In this document: one piece after another, positions 1 to 12,500 of the stretch
Position numbering within the stretch: the stretch's first letter is position 1
Layout: every line of letters begins with the position of its first letter
DNA from: Saccostrea echinata
Lineage: Eukaryota
Assembly: GCF_033153115.1 (NCBI RefSeq)
Contig: NW_026889759.1
Span: 3,100,001-3,164,000 of the forward strand
Direction of reading: 5' to 3'
DNA: 64,000 nucleotides
Made by a program: the position numbers and the translations under genes
Notes under the pieces: generated by a model
What the model saw: only the letters and a program-made list of their open reading frames with translations
The model's database searches: none
Told to the model about the DNA's origin: nothing

Positions 1-235
1 GAAATATATAGGAAAAATCTTTAAAAATCTTCTTCTCAAGAACCACTGGGCCAGATAAGCTGAAACTTACTTGGAAGCATCCTGGGGTAGTGTAGATTCC
101 AATTGTTCAAATCATGACCCCTGGGGATAGGGCGGGGCCACAATAAGTAGTATAGGGGGGGGGGGAGAAATCAGGTGAAAAACAGCAAGGCCAAAGTTAC
201 TCAGGTGAGCGCTGTGGCCCATGGGCCTGACTTGT
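1..235 (+). mobile_element. 3' end of Helentron-type non-autonomous element (HINE) with ~170-bp satellite-like unit
   Basis: Unit AAAATCTTCTTCTCAAGAACC...GAAGCATCCT..GTAGTGTAGATTC...CATGACCCC, followed by subterminal CTCAGGTGAGC and hairpin GGCCCATGGGCC. Confidence 0.75.
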
Positions 236-1331
236 TTATATTTTACTCCTGGACATAAAGTAGTCAAACCGTTGGCATGATTATCATAACTAATAAACAT
301 GATTATCATAACTAAGCAGTGACCCCTCTATGAAAATTGTTTAATTCATGGTCACTGGTTTCAGGCCCCAGGGTAGGGCTAAGTTAGTCATATAAATTGA
401 AAATGCAGCATGTATTGAAAATGCACTGGCCTTTTAAAATCCTATTTTCTTACGGATATCTGGCAGACAAACTGTTTGGATGATTATATCAACACTAAAC
501 CCTCTACCAAAATTTTGAAATTCATGGCCCCTTGGTCCAGGGATGAGGCCCCGGGGTGGTGATTAGTCAGTCATAAATTGAACATAAATTACATCTTTGA
601 TAATCTTCATTCCTCATGGATAAGCAGGAGGTAAATGGTTTGAATTACTAGAATGAGCAGCTAACCCTTTATAAAATTCAAATTGTAAAAAAAAATTGTC
701 ATATGAGAAGTCCATACCAGTTCCAAGCAGACTCAAAATGGTCATGAATAGCCTGCAGAAACTATTGAGACTCAGGTTACTGTCAATGCCTTTGAGCCTT
801 TTGTTTACATTATAGAAATGGAAGAAATATGATGTAGTGCAGAACATTTTGTTTAAATCTTAACCACAGAGGGATTTGAGTAAGGTGGGACTATTTTTAG
901 GATCAAAACAATACAGGTACAGAGCTATACATAGGGTACATAGGGATATCCTTTGCTAAGTAAGACAGGATAAAATCATTCAATAAATGATTGAAAATAT
1001 TGAATACAAGGAAATCAAGAAAATGATTTATTTCTTTTGATATTTATTGAGAATCTGACTGAACATGTAACATCACCATTAGTCAGTTTATCAAATAAGC
1101 AGTGCTGGTCAATTCTTAGGCCACTCATAAAGGATCACTGGTGTAAAAAAAAATATAATAAAGAACATTTTATATAGATTTTCTGTGCATTTCTATAAAG
1201 AGTACCAAAACTTACAAGATTCTGATGATGATGATTTTAATTCATGAACAACAATAAACAACAGGTTTTAATAACAACGAACACAGTCCTAATGGTATCT
1301 CAAGTTATCACAACTGTAAACTGTATATCTG

Positions 1332-4300
1332 TTACACGGATATCTGAGCAAATCTGTACTGCAGTGTTCGGGGATTTCTAATTAAAACAAGATTCCGCTG
1401 ATAAGGTAGAGATTGATGTAGTTTTTCTAAACCTAGCAGGGAACAGAATCCCTTCCCAGCTCCCTGCCCACTGCTTAATGAAAATCCACCATGCTTAATA
1501 TACCCAATGACTTCCCTATCACCATCATCTACACTCTCCAAGTTGTCTGCTTTAATCTCTGGTGTCTTTTTTGGTGGTAGATTTAAGATACCTTTCTTAA
1601 ATAGTTTCGCTTTTCTTCTTTTCTCTTTCTTTTCCTCTTGCTGAGGGTCTGTTTGTTGAAGTTTAATTGGTCCAACAAAAAACCCGTCAGCTTTCATTCT
1701 ATTGACATCTTCCTTTGTTGGTATGGAGATAGTTCCCATTTCTTCAGGACAGCCTTTGGAATTCATCGCTATTTTGACGTAAACCAATGATTGTTTGTGT
1801 CTACTAATGATGTCTTTGAAGGAGGCATGCGATTCCTCATCAATTCTATCTTTCAAACATTTCTTGTTTTTCCCAGAAGCAATATTAAATACTTTCCTCA
1901 AGGTTTTGAGATCATTTTTTTCTCTTAACACATAAAAATCCTTGCTATCATCTTTCTCATCAACCAGTTCATTCCATGCCCAACTGAATGGGTGAACCAC
2001 ACCTAACTTGGTGAAGTTTGGTCTTTTGGCAGGAGGTCGTCTGCTATGCTCAGCCTCTTTTTCACTCTTTATCCTGTTTTCTTCTGCTTGTCCTGCTGCT
2101 GTATCTGGGAAATCTTCTGGAAAGTGTTCACCCTGTTGTTCATTGGCCAGGCATTGTAATTCACGCAAACCTCCTGCTCTTGCCCCATGATAGATACTGG
2201 CTATCCAGAATGCCATGCTCCATCCTGCAGGAAGGACTAGATCCCATCCACTCCCATAGTGACTGTGGTTCATGTCTGTGGGATTGATTCCTTCTTTCTG
2301 AATGAGAAGAACAGGAATCCTACTTTCATCTTCCCCTAGTATTAACTCTGTCCCTAAAATAATGTACCATAAAAAATCAATATCAATTATGGTAAAAACA
2401 TGTTATGAGTCTGTGTAATCAATTACAAAAGATTTTACACAATACCCTCCTTTGAGTAACTTGTCCCTGCAGCAAATTAAGAGGCAATTCCTAAGGAAGT
2501 CCAGATAATGGCAAACATACTTGCTTAACAACAAAATAATACTGTAAACCAACTTTTATTTGCAAGTTTTATGACCTTTTCTTAGCATATATACCCCCCC
2601 CCCCCCCCACACACACACACACACAAATGTTATTTAACAGTTTATTTATGTAGAATTTTTCATCAGTTACTAAAATTAGTAGTTGCAGATGGATTTCAAA
2701 CTGATGAATCATAAATAAATGTGGTCATGAATAATAGTTGGTTTACAGTACATGTATTATTATAGTATTACCTACAGAGAGTAAGTTTTCACTGAATCAC
2801 TGCATTCTTCACAAACCTGGAACAATATGTTCTGATTTCAGCTGATTGATTTCAAAGTCTGACATTTTTGTTGAAATCACTGTCTTCCTGATTTCTTCCT
2901 CCCATAAGGGCGAAGAGGAGATGTCCTGGCTGATCTTCAGTGCATTGGCTCCTGTATCATCAGACACCATGGGCTCTGAAGTTTCTAAAATTGATGTTTG
3001 ACAAAGACCATTATTACTCTGCTAAACTGAAAATTCAAATAGCTTTCTAGAATATCTCTTCAGATTGATACATACTAAGTATACCTCTTTGAAAATTGTA
3101 TTCTTTTTCAACAAAAGAAGATAGAGGAGATAGGATATACATTCAAACTTCGTTATCTCAAACGACATGGGATCAAAAAAATCCTTGGATATCTCAGTTT
3201 TTTCTCGTTCTCAAAGTTTTTTCTTGAAGAGATATCAAAGGTAAAATGCTAAAGGAATATGTGGTTGGGACTTCCAAATCACTTTGACATATCCATGGTA
3301 TTCGAGATATTGGTGTTTGAGATACCAAAGTTCAACTGTACAATGAACTTGTCTAACCGGACACCACTGGTTCCAGAGAAATTTGCTATATTTGACAACA
3401 TTTTGGATTATACAACATTATAAACAATGGCATTTACTGAAAGGGACTAAATATCTTCATTGAAATAGGCAAGATTTTGGCATACATGATATCTGAATTA
3501 GTTTACTTTTACTTTAGTACCTTTATTTGCCAAATCATTCCATTTCTTTGCTTTGATGACTCTAGGATCTCTGACAGCCAGACCAATAACACTATGGGGG
3601 GACAACTCTGCAGCAGACTGACAATGACACACTCCTTCCCAGAATTCCCTCTGCTGGTTAAAGCCCAGAGAGTGCTTTTGGTCCTGGAAGTACTGTTTCC
3701 ACCAGTGAGATGGTTCACTTTTGTTGAACATGATATCTGCTATCTGGAGAGTTTGTTCCAGAACTTTCTGGGACTCTGGTCCAATATAGCGATGTCTCAC
3801 AAGTCTGTCTTTCAAAGAGGTCATCAAGATCTTCCCAATCTGAGATTTTCTGTTCACTACCTTTATTACTTGCTCCTCAGTTGGTTTCTGAGTCGTTTCC
3901 TTTTTACCTTTTTGTTGCTTCCCCTTACCCTTGTATTCACTAAATGTCCTACAATTATCATCTGTTTTCTTTATCTCCTCCCCATCCTTCTTTCCAGTTT
4001 GAATCTCTTGTTTTTCAGAATTATTGTTTACAGGAGATTTATCCTTAAGTTCTGATACATTTTTCCCTTTTCCCATTTCATCAACTGGACAACTGACTTC
4101 TACAGAAACATCCTGTGCTGCACAGTCTTCTGTATGGGAAAAACTAGCCTCTAATTCCTGCCACAGTTCATTATAGGAAGCAGGATGACACCAAATCCAT
4201 AGCTGACGAAGAGGGTGTGATTCAGACGTGGGTCTCCAAAAGAAAGTGACTGGGCCAATGGCACCCAAAGGATACTGACCTTGTTTGTACAATACACAGC

Positions 4301-6163
4301 TACCCTCTCTGGTTCCTTCCAAATACAGCTTGGCTCCAAAGGTTAGTCCTGAAAATTCAGTAGAAACAACGTATATTGTATTTCACAACTTTATCTGTTA
4401 ACTTCAGGTAATTTGCTTCATAATGTAATTTGTTGTAACTTTTTTTAAATGTAAGAAAACTTGGGACAAGTAATATGTATTTATTAAGAAAGATCAAGTT
4501 ATTCTTGTTCATTATTAATTCAAGGAAGAACTTTTTACCAGTTTGTGAATTACACAGACGAGAGACGCCACTGAGAATATATTCTTCATTTCCTTGAACT
4601 TCTATACAGCACATATAGGAAACATCCTGTTAAAAAAAATTTCAATATTATTGATATCATCATATCATGTAATCTTTTGTCATAGGCATATACTGAAGTT
4701 GCTTTTTGTCAAATGTTATAAAGAGTTTTTGAAAAGTACATAAATTGAAACAAGAATACTTTGTAAAGAAAATGATGATGAATTTCTTTCTAGTACATAA
4801 AATTCACCCATCTCCCCCCTCCTTCCCCTCCCCCAAAACATTACACACAGTAACACATAGAGACTTAATTAAGTAATCAGAGAGTATGTTTAAGTTTCTG
4901 GGGTTGATTAAAAATATACTGAAAGCTGATATTGAACCCATGCTTACTATCATTTGACAATGATGTTGAGTTGCCCTGTAAGATGCTCGAGAACTTTTAT
5001 CTGTTGGTTGGTAAGGAATTCTGTAACCCCATTTTTCTACCATTTTGAATCGTTTTGCATGCCAAATGTGAGTTTCAAGCCAAACTTTGGTTTTCTGGCG
5101 TCGAACATACTCCTGCAGCAAGTTTTTAGGTCGTCTTCGATGCCTTCTACTTGGTTTTTTGTGTTTATTAGCCTTTATTGTCACCATCTACAAATTAAAT
5201 CACATTTCACATTCATTTTCAGTGTATATCATGAATACTTGGGGGATGGGGGGGGGGGGTTACGAACTTCAGTACTTGCAAAAATTCCTTTTTAGACAGC
5301 AAAGCAACTGTGCTTTAATCACCTATACTATTACATTATGACAAGAATATTTTTTTACCATTAAGTAATACACAGTTAGAACTATTGCCAGTTGAGGAGA
5401 ATTGTAAAAATAAAAAAAGTCATTTATGGTTTGAATACTAACTGATTAATCCATAAGCATTAGAAGTACAGTAGTAGGCTACAACCTGTTAAAGTTGATA
5501 TCAAAATTACTCTAAAAATAACACCATATATGCATATCTATAGCAAGAGTTTTAAGTATTAAATAACCAATTTAAATATAGAATCAAGAAATTTGTCACC
5601 TCTCTCACTCTGTGAGGCAACCTTTTAATGTTGTGACTCATTGCTCTCCGCCGCATGGAAATAGACATCAGTCCATTTACAGCTTGGGAAACCTTTCTCT
5701 GTTTGGTGGCAGCATCTAGAAGCTGCAACTCTGCAGCCCTACACTTTGCATATTCAACTACATTAATGGCTAAAATAAAATAAAAAATAAATTCTATAAA
5801 ATCTTAGCTGTTGTTATATAGAAATAAATTAATTCAGCTCAAAAAAGGGACATAACTATCATAATAATGATGCTTTAACGTTTCACTTAAAAATATTAAA
5901 TTTCATTTATTATCTAAGACTTAAAATTTAAGTCTCTGGCACACATCATTCATAGCTCTAATGTATATCGTCTCTCTCGCTCTCTCTCTTTCTCTCTCAT
6001 TCCATATTTATACATGCCAGTACAACATGCACCTGACATGTACGTAGGTCTACTATAAAATTGTACCTTGAGGTGCTTCGGACAGGATTTTTTCATGGAT
6101 TCTCTGTTTCTTAGCAAAGTCCGCTTTCCCATCATATTTCCTTTTCTTACCAAACTGCTCCAT
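1332..6163 (-). CDS. POP1: Ribonucleases P/MRP protein subunit POP1 (7 coding exons, 870 aa)
   Basis: Exons 6163-6067, 5769-5600, 5187-4948, 4626-4539, 4348-3521, 2984-2817, 2353-1332. All introns are GT-AG with consistent phase, total 2613 nt. Hallmark motifs: [77 protein letters not shown], and C-terminal [15 protein letters not shown]. Confidence 0.96.
2540..2750. mobile_element. MITE with TIR TACTGTAAACCAACT
   Basis: Left tactgtaaaccaact, right agttggtttacagta; internal poly-C/(CA)n. Confidence 0.6.
3138..3340. mobile_element. Tc1/mariner(pogo)-type MITE
   Basis: TA-CATTCAAACTTCGTTATCTCAAA ... TTTGAGATACCAAAGTTCAACTG-TA. A related copy lies at 27683-27862. Confidence 0.6.
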
Positions 6164-6514
6164 GTCAGTCTTTTTTTTTAATAGCAAATTTTAAGCTCGA
6201 TCATGCAAGGTGGTTCTTCGTATGGGCGCAGACATCTTGAAAAAAAAATAAATGAGAAAAGAAACGCGTCAAAATTATTTTTTTCCGGATGATGTTTTCA
6301 TATATCTTAGCAATAAATGCCTAGAGAGGATTATAGAAAAACTCACTGTTATATGAAAAATCTTATTAACCATATATTATCTTTTTTCCCCTTTTTTCGT
6401 ACAGATATAGCCGAGGAAGCCGGTTCAGATCTTCGTTCATTTTATAACCTACTTTCATTTTCACTTTTCCTTCTTTTGGACCGTCAACACGTTGATAAGA
6501 TACGTATGCTAAAA
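6164..6514. promoter_or_regulatory. Bidirectional promoter/5'UTR region shared by POP1 and RIDA
   Basis: Only 351 bp separate the two divergent start codons. ETS-like CCGGAA core on the minus strand near 6282-6288 and a TISU/YY1-like CAAGATGTCTGC on the minus strand near 6228-6239. Confidence 0.75.
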
Positions 6515-9500
6515 ATGTCAGGCTTCGTAAGACGAATAATCCAGACAGCAAAAGCACCATCGGCTATAGGGCCATACAGGTGATTTTTTTTTTTCTGTGA
6601 CTGATTCCTGACAATTTGTGTTTCATCTGATAGGCCTAATGATATTTAACCTTTAGAACTGCTCTCTGACCTTAGCAGGTCCATCAGTATATTTACGTTT
6701 AGCTTTATTTAGCTATTCAAAAAAGTTTGATTTAGCTATTTTTATGCAGTTTAATACATGTTTCCCTTTTTTTTTTTTGAAATAAACAAAAATTTTGATA
6801 GTAACAGTAACTACTAATATTTGTACTAACTGTATAGCTGTATAAAAAAGCAACCCAGAGCAAAGATAGTCAGCTTTTGAACACTGATTAAGAACTAGTC
6901 TTATTCAGATTGATATGAAGATTCCTTAAAATAGGAATAATTTTATTAACCCATGCTTGCAGCTTTTTACGTCTCTACAAAACCCTTAAAATTAGGCCAA
7001 AATAGAAATTACCTTTGTTTCCCCTAACGCGACCGACCCACTTAAATCGTGCCGACTGAAAAGTTTTTTTTAATCAGATTATTGAAATATTTTTTTTTTA
7101 TTGTTAATCAACTTTATAAAATACAATTTCATCAAAATCCATTTTTTATCAGAACGGCAGCTTTTGTTTGGTGTCCACAACATGTGGCCACAGAGGGTTA
7201 GTTCGTGTTATAAAACAATGGTGACGTATTAATCTTATACATCTTTAACTTATTAGAATCCGAAACTCTCGAGACATCTCGTGAATTAATGTACCATGAC
7301 TAAGGAGTGTTAAGATGGTATTTACAAATGTGTCTTCTAAAATTTACGTACGTAGTACGCATAGCAAAGCCTGCCTCATGAGCAGATGAGGGGCGCTCTT
7401 TGTGAATACATATCAAAAATTTCACTGCATTTGATTCGTTTCGATCTAATAAACAGTTCATGTATGATCCCATTTTTACTATATAAGACCATAGGAGTTG
7501 TAAATATGTCTTTGTATGATTATTTCATCTTGATAAATAAAATTCAGATGTCGTTTCTTTATTCCTTTCATCTATGGGGTATTAACTCCGTGACTATAAA
7601 ATTAGATATATGAAACTTTAATCATTTAAGATATGGTTTGGTTGAATTATACATTGTTTATACATGTACACTATTTCCAAATAGTGTTGAAATCTTTAAA
7701 ATTTGCTTATGGTACGGCTTCCTGAGACGTCCAGTTTATATTTCTTTAGTTAGGCCCTTGAAAACAGGTTGTTTCTTTGCTTTAAAATACTTTTAGAAAT
7801 TGTTGAGCCGTCGGAGGGCTCCTAATTTAGACTTTTACTCGGCACTTATGGCCATTGATTATTAAGCATCAGTAAGGGATCTTTTACGTGCCATCTACAT
7901 GTATACTCCGACACTGGACCTACGTTTTTTACGGTCTTATTCGACTGACCGGTCTCCCACGTCGGGACCTGTGACTTAGAATAAGCTCCTGAATTACGTC
8001 GTGACTCCAAAACGAAACACTAGAATTACTGCGCCACACAAGGCCCTTGACATTTTGTCTATGTAAGTAGAGTAGGTTTTAAAAATGTACTCAAATGTCC
8101 GATGGTTCTGTATTTGCGTCTTGTCTTGTGTTTTTGTAAATATTTGATTTCAATAAATTTACGCTGGCCTGAGATATTTCACAAGTTCAAATGAATAATA
8201 TTTGTGAATTAATTTACCATACATGTTGCTTCATTTGTATGATATTCGGTTTAAAAATCGGTTTCTTTTGTTCTTTCTTATTTATAGATATTATTCAATT
8301 TTTCAGAATGTATTTCCAAAACTGCTGTCAGAAAAAAAGAAATAATTTACCTACCTACCGACCCAACTTGAGATTTTGGGGTCGGGTTAGGGGAAACAAA
8401 GATATTTTTAATGATGGTCTTACCAAAGTATTCACTTCTGATAATCTTTGTTGAATGAGTTACAGTATGTTATTTACAGCCAGGCAGTTCTCGTTGAGCA
8501 CACGCTTTACGTATCTGGACAGATAGGAATGAATCAGGCAGGAAACCTAGTACCAGGAGGTGTGGTCCCTGAAACAGAACAGGTCAGTACTATTGGAATG
8601 CTGAACGATTGTGGTGTAATGTTAAGTATCTAAGTCCTTGTATGACCAATGGATAACTCAAGTCCAATCATTTTTGTCCTCTCAGCTAACCAAGATTTGT
8701 GATCTGCTCCACTCTTCTTAAAAGAAAAATTAGCTGTTCATAATCCTTGGTTAGCAAATTAAGATGCATTTTTGTAGAAAAAGCCAAACCGCAGTGAAGT
8801 CCAAGAAATAAAAATAAGCTGTTTGAACGATCTTTATACCTGTATATATTGTTTCTATTGTGTACAGTTGCGGACAGTGAGCTGTTTTAAAGTTCCATGA
8901 AGTTATAATGCCTTTAATCAATTAAACTATAATTAATGCAGTATATTTTTATATCTTTTCCATTCCAAATTTGTGCAAAATGATAATGATAGAGGTTTCC
9001 CAAATAGATTTTGTATACATGTGTAACTGTATATTTTATTTTATATCAACACTGATCAAGTTTCTTTAAATCAGAAATTTTTTGCATTTTAATCATTGAC
9101 AGGCCTTAAAAAATATGCAGGCTATTCTTGAAGAGGCAGGTACCACTATGAATAACGGTAAGGATTCTTTTACATGTTGATGATAGTGTTGAATTAAATG
9201 TACATCATTTTATGGCTTCCATGTCAAAATATACTAACACACCCTTCAAATTCAATCTTTGATAATGGTTTATATAACTACTTTAATTATGCTGACTCTA
9301 GCATATTTTAGTGAATTTGAGAGGATTCTGTAATTGTATTCAGAAGAATGGTTCACATACCCTGTAGAAGGCATTTTCCAATTACATGTACCAATATATG
9401 TACTATTAAAGTAATTAGTCCTGTATTTGCAAAGAGAATTATATGCAATAAATCTCAATTTCTCAGACTGAATGCTAGTTCTTACCATTCTGTCAGATTT

Positions 9501-12500
9501 CAATTCATTCAAAAGTCTACTGTACAAAATTGATGAGGATAAAAAAAATTATTACGGTCCCACAAGATATGCATGTGTCCTGCAGTAATCACTCTTTGTT
9601 TGTTCCATCTGTTTATGTATGTGGAGAAGACACTATGAACATATTTTTTTTCCAGATCTGTGGGGGTAAAAATTAACCCTACATTTTAAAAAGTGGGTTA
9701 TTTACATCATGGCTGTGTTCAAGATTGTAGCAGATAACCTAGCAGCTAGGTGATAGATATCTAGCTCTATTGACAGCTCACCTAGCTGCTAGATGTTAGT
9801 TTCATATACAAATGTTTTAGTAATAACTAATTTTGGAACAAAGTGAGCTGAACTCTGAGATGAACTCAAGCAAAAATGTGTATGTAAATTTACATTTGAT
9901 TCACTAGGATGGAGAAAAGAACCCACTTTATTAGCTCACCTGAGCTGAAAACTCGTGAGCTTAATTATCTAGCCTCAGGGTCATAAAACTAAGAAAAGCT
10001 TACTTTTGATCTCAGTCTCACTTTTCCACTATTAATTCCTTTAGTAAAAGTGAGACTGAGATCAAAAATGAGCTTGTCTAAGATATATGGCCCGGGAGCC
10101 TGCATGATCACGTTTTGTCCAGCGTCCATCTGTCTATCCGTCCATCTAGCTGTCCGTCTCTCTGTAAACTTTTCACTTCTTTCTGACTTCTTCTTAAGAA
10201 CCACTGGGACATTTTCAACCAAACTTACCACAAAGTATTCTTGGGTGAAAGGGATTCAAGTTTGATCAAATGAGAGGCAATGCCCTCTTTCAAGGGGAGA
10301 TAATCAAGAATTCGAGAAAATTTGGTGGCATGTTTTAAAAATCTTCTTCTCAAGAACAAGTGGGCCAGAAAAGTTGAAATTTATGTGAAAACTTCATTAC
10401 ATAATGATAGTGTAAATTCAAATTTGTTCAAATTCCTGAGAGTAGGTTGGGGCCACAATTGGAGGATCAAAGTTTTACATAGGAATATATTGGAAAAAAT
10501 CTTAAAAAATCATTTTCTCAAGAACAGCAAAACTATGATTATTCATATTATTAAGAAGCATTCTCAGGTTTCAAGTTTGTTCAAATCATGACCCCTGGGG
10601 GTAGGGTGGGGCCATAATGGGGAATCAAAGTTTTAGAAAGGAATATATAGGAAAAATGCTATGCTCTTGAATGTACCTCATATGAGAAGTGAGATTTAAA
10701 AAAATCTTGACATCACAAGATGTAGAATTTTTTGACATACAAGTTACATAATATTGCAATGTCCATATTGGAACAGTATTTGCCTCATTCTTAACATTAA
10801 AAACAATATCTTTACAGTGAAAGAATAAATTACAAGAGACCTTCATACATTTACACCCCACAGTGGACATTACTATAAAAAGTAATCCAATACTGTATTT
10901 TTTTTATGCACTGTATAGCTGCAGATCTATCCACATATATCCCTTTTTTCCATCATAGCTTTTCACTGATTATCCTCTGATGTTTAGATTTGCTGTATGT
11001 TGTAAGACATATTTTTTTTGCAGAGCTATAAATTTGATTTTGCATGGTATCTGCGTTCGGAGGGGTGTGATGGGGGTTGGGGTGGTGTCTAATTTTGTAA
11101 ACAGAGTGAACTTCCAGAAATAAATTACATGTACAAATGTAGTTAAAAGTTAGATAACTCTGTTGAGTTTATTTTGTCCGAGATCCGGAGCCCAATAATT
11201 GATTATTGCACCCCTATGCACCTGTATGGTGCATAAAAACAATGAGAATAGGCTATCCATTACAAATTTTATTTACCAATGAGCAATAAACTTGCAGGCT
11301 TTAAGCATTTTGCTGACTACTGCAGCAGTCAGTTTTCCAGTACATGTAATATGTGAAAGTGCTGTATATGTAGCATAAAGCTTAGTAAAATAGGTATAAA
11401 GCATACCCAAACAGATTCATAAAAATAATTTCATGCTTGATTTGATTTTATTTTCTGTGGCAATGAAGAAAAGTTTCATGCTGTACTACTTCTTTATTTA
11501 ACAGTTGTCAAAGCCACAGTTTTATTGGATGATATCAATAACTTTGGGGCTGTAAATGAAGTTTATTCCAAATGTAAGTATTTAGGTCTCTGAAGCATTT
11601 AAACACCTAGATTGTTTGGCATCAACTTTCATTTTCCAGACATGTCTCTTTGGCTGAGTCTAACATTTGATACTCTGTCATTATGCCTTTCACAACACTT
11701 TATTATTTATTAAAATGACATTCAGCCAAAAAATGCTATCAAAAAGGCTTTATAGTGAAGATAATTTAAACTATTTTCTTTTTCCTTTTTTAAAATGAAA
11801 TACATTGTATTTATGTCATTAAGAGGATATATATAAACCATGCCATGGAAATACATCAATCTTTAACAGATTTTTTTTATTACTCAGTAAACCCACGGAA
11901 GTATTTGTCATTGATACATGCAGGACAACTCTCTTGTCATATTTTATACAAGTATGCACTGAAAGGTTTCATACTAGTACTTAATGGAAGCTTACATGTA
12001 CAAACATTTCCATTATAGATTTTTAAGTACCATCCTTATATTTATGAATTTAATTCAAATTCATTTATTAACTTTCTCCTACACACTAACATTGATTCTC
12101 AATTCTGCAGATCAGGTATTTTCCAAACTTTTGCATATTTTTATTGATTTTTGTAAAAATATTTCAATCGGAAAAGACAAAATTAGGTCTGGAAAAAAGT
12201 TTTTGAAAGCATTGTTTATATAAGGAAAATTCACACAGAAAGTTTATTCATCATGCTTTATGTTAATTCAGTGTCCATTTCATTTTCTAGTTTTCCAAAA
12301 GAGTTTTCCAGCCCGGGCAGCATATCAAGTAGCGGCATTACCAAAGGTAGGACAATTGTGTAGAAAATTTTGTTACTACTGTAAAATTACATGAGAATAC
12401 CTGCATTTTCATTAAATATTACTTGTGATCCAGTAATTAAAGGGTAGATCAAAGATCTGATTTTGCTTAGATTGGTAGAAATGTCCTACTTGCAACTGCC

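Noticed and set aside
3477-4055. 192-aa plus-strand ORF
   Set aside because: It is the antisense shadow of the purine-rich POP1 exon 5, with an F/L-rich composition and no motifs.
6317-6514. In-frame upstream extension of RIDA (ORF from 6317)
   Set aside because: It runs through the 351-bp shared promoter region and has no presequence-like character. ATG 6515 (AAAAATGT) matches the start of known RidA orthologues. ATG 6506 could add 3 aa.
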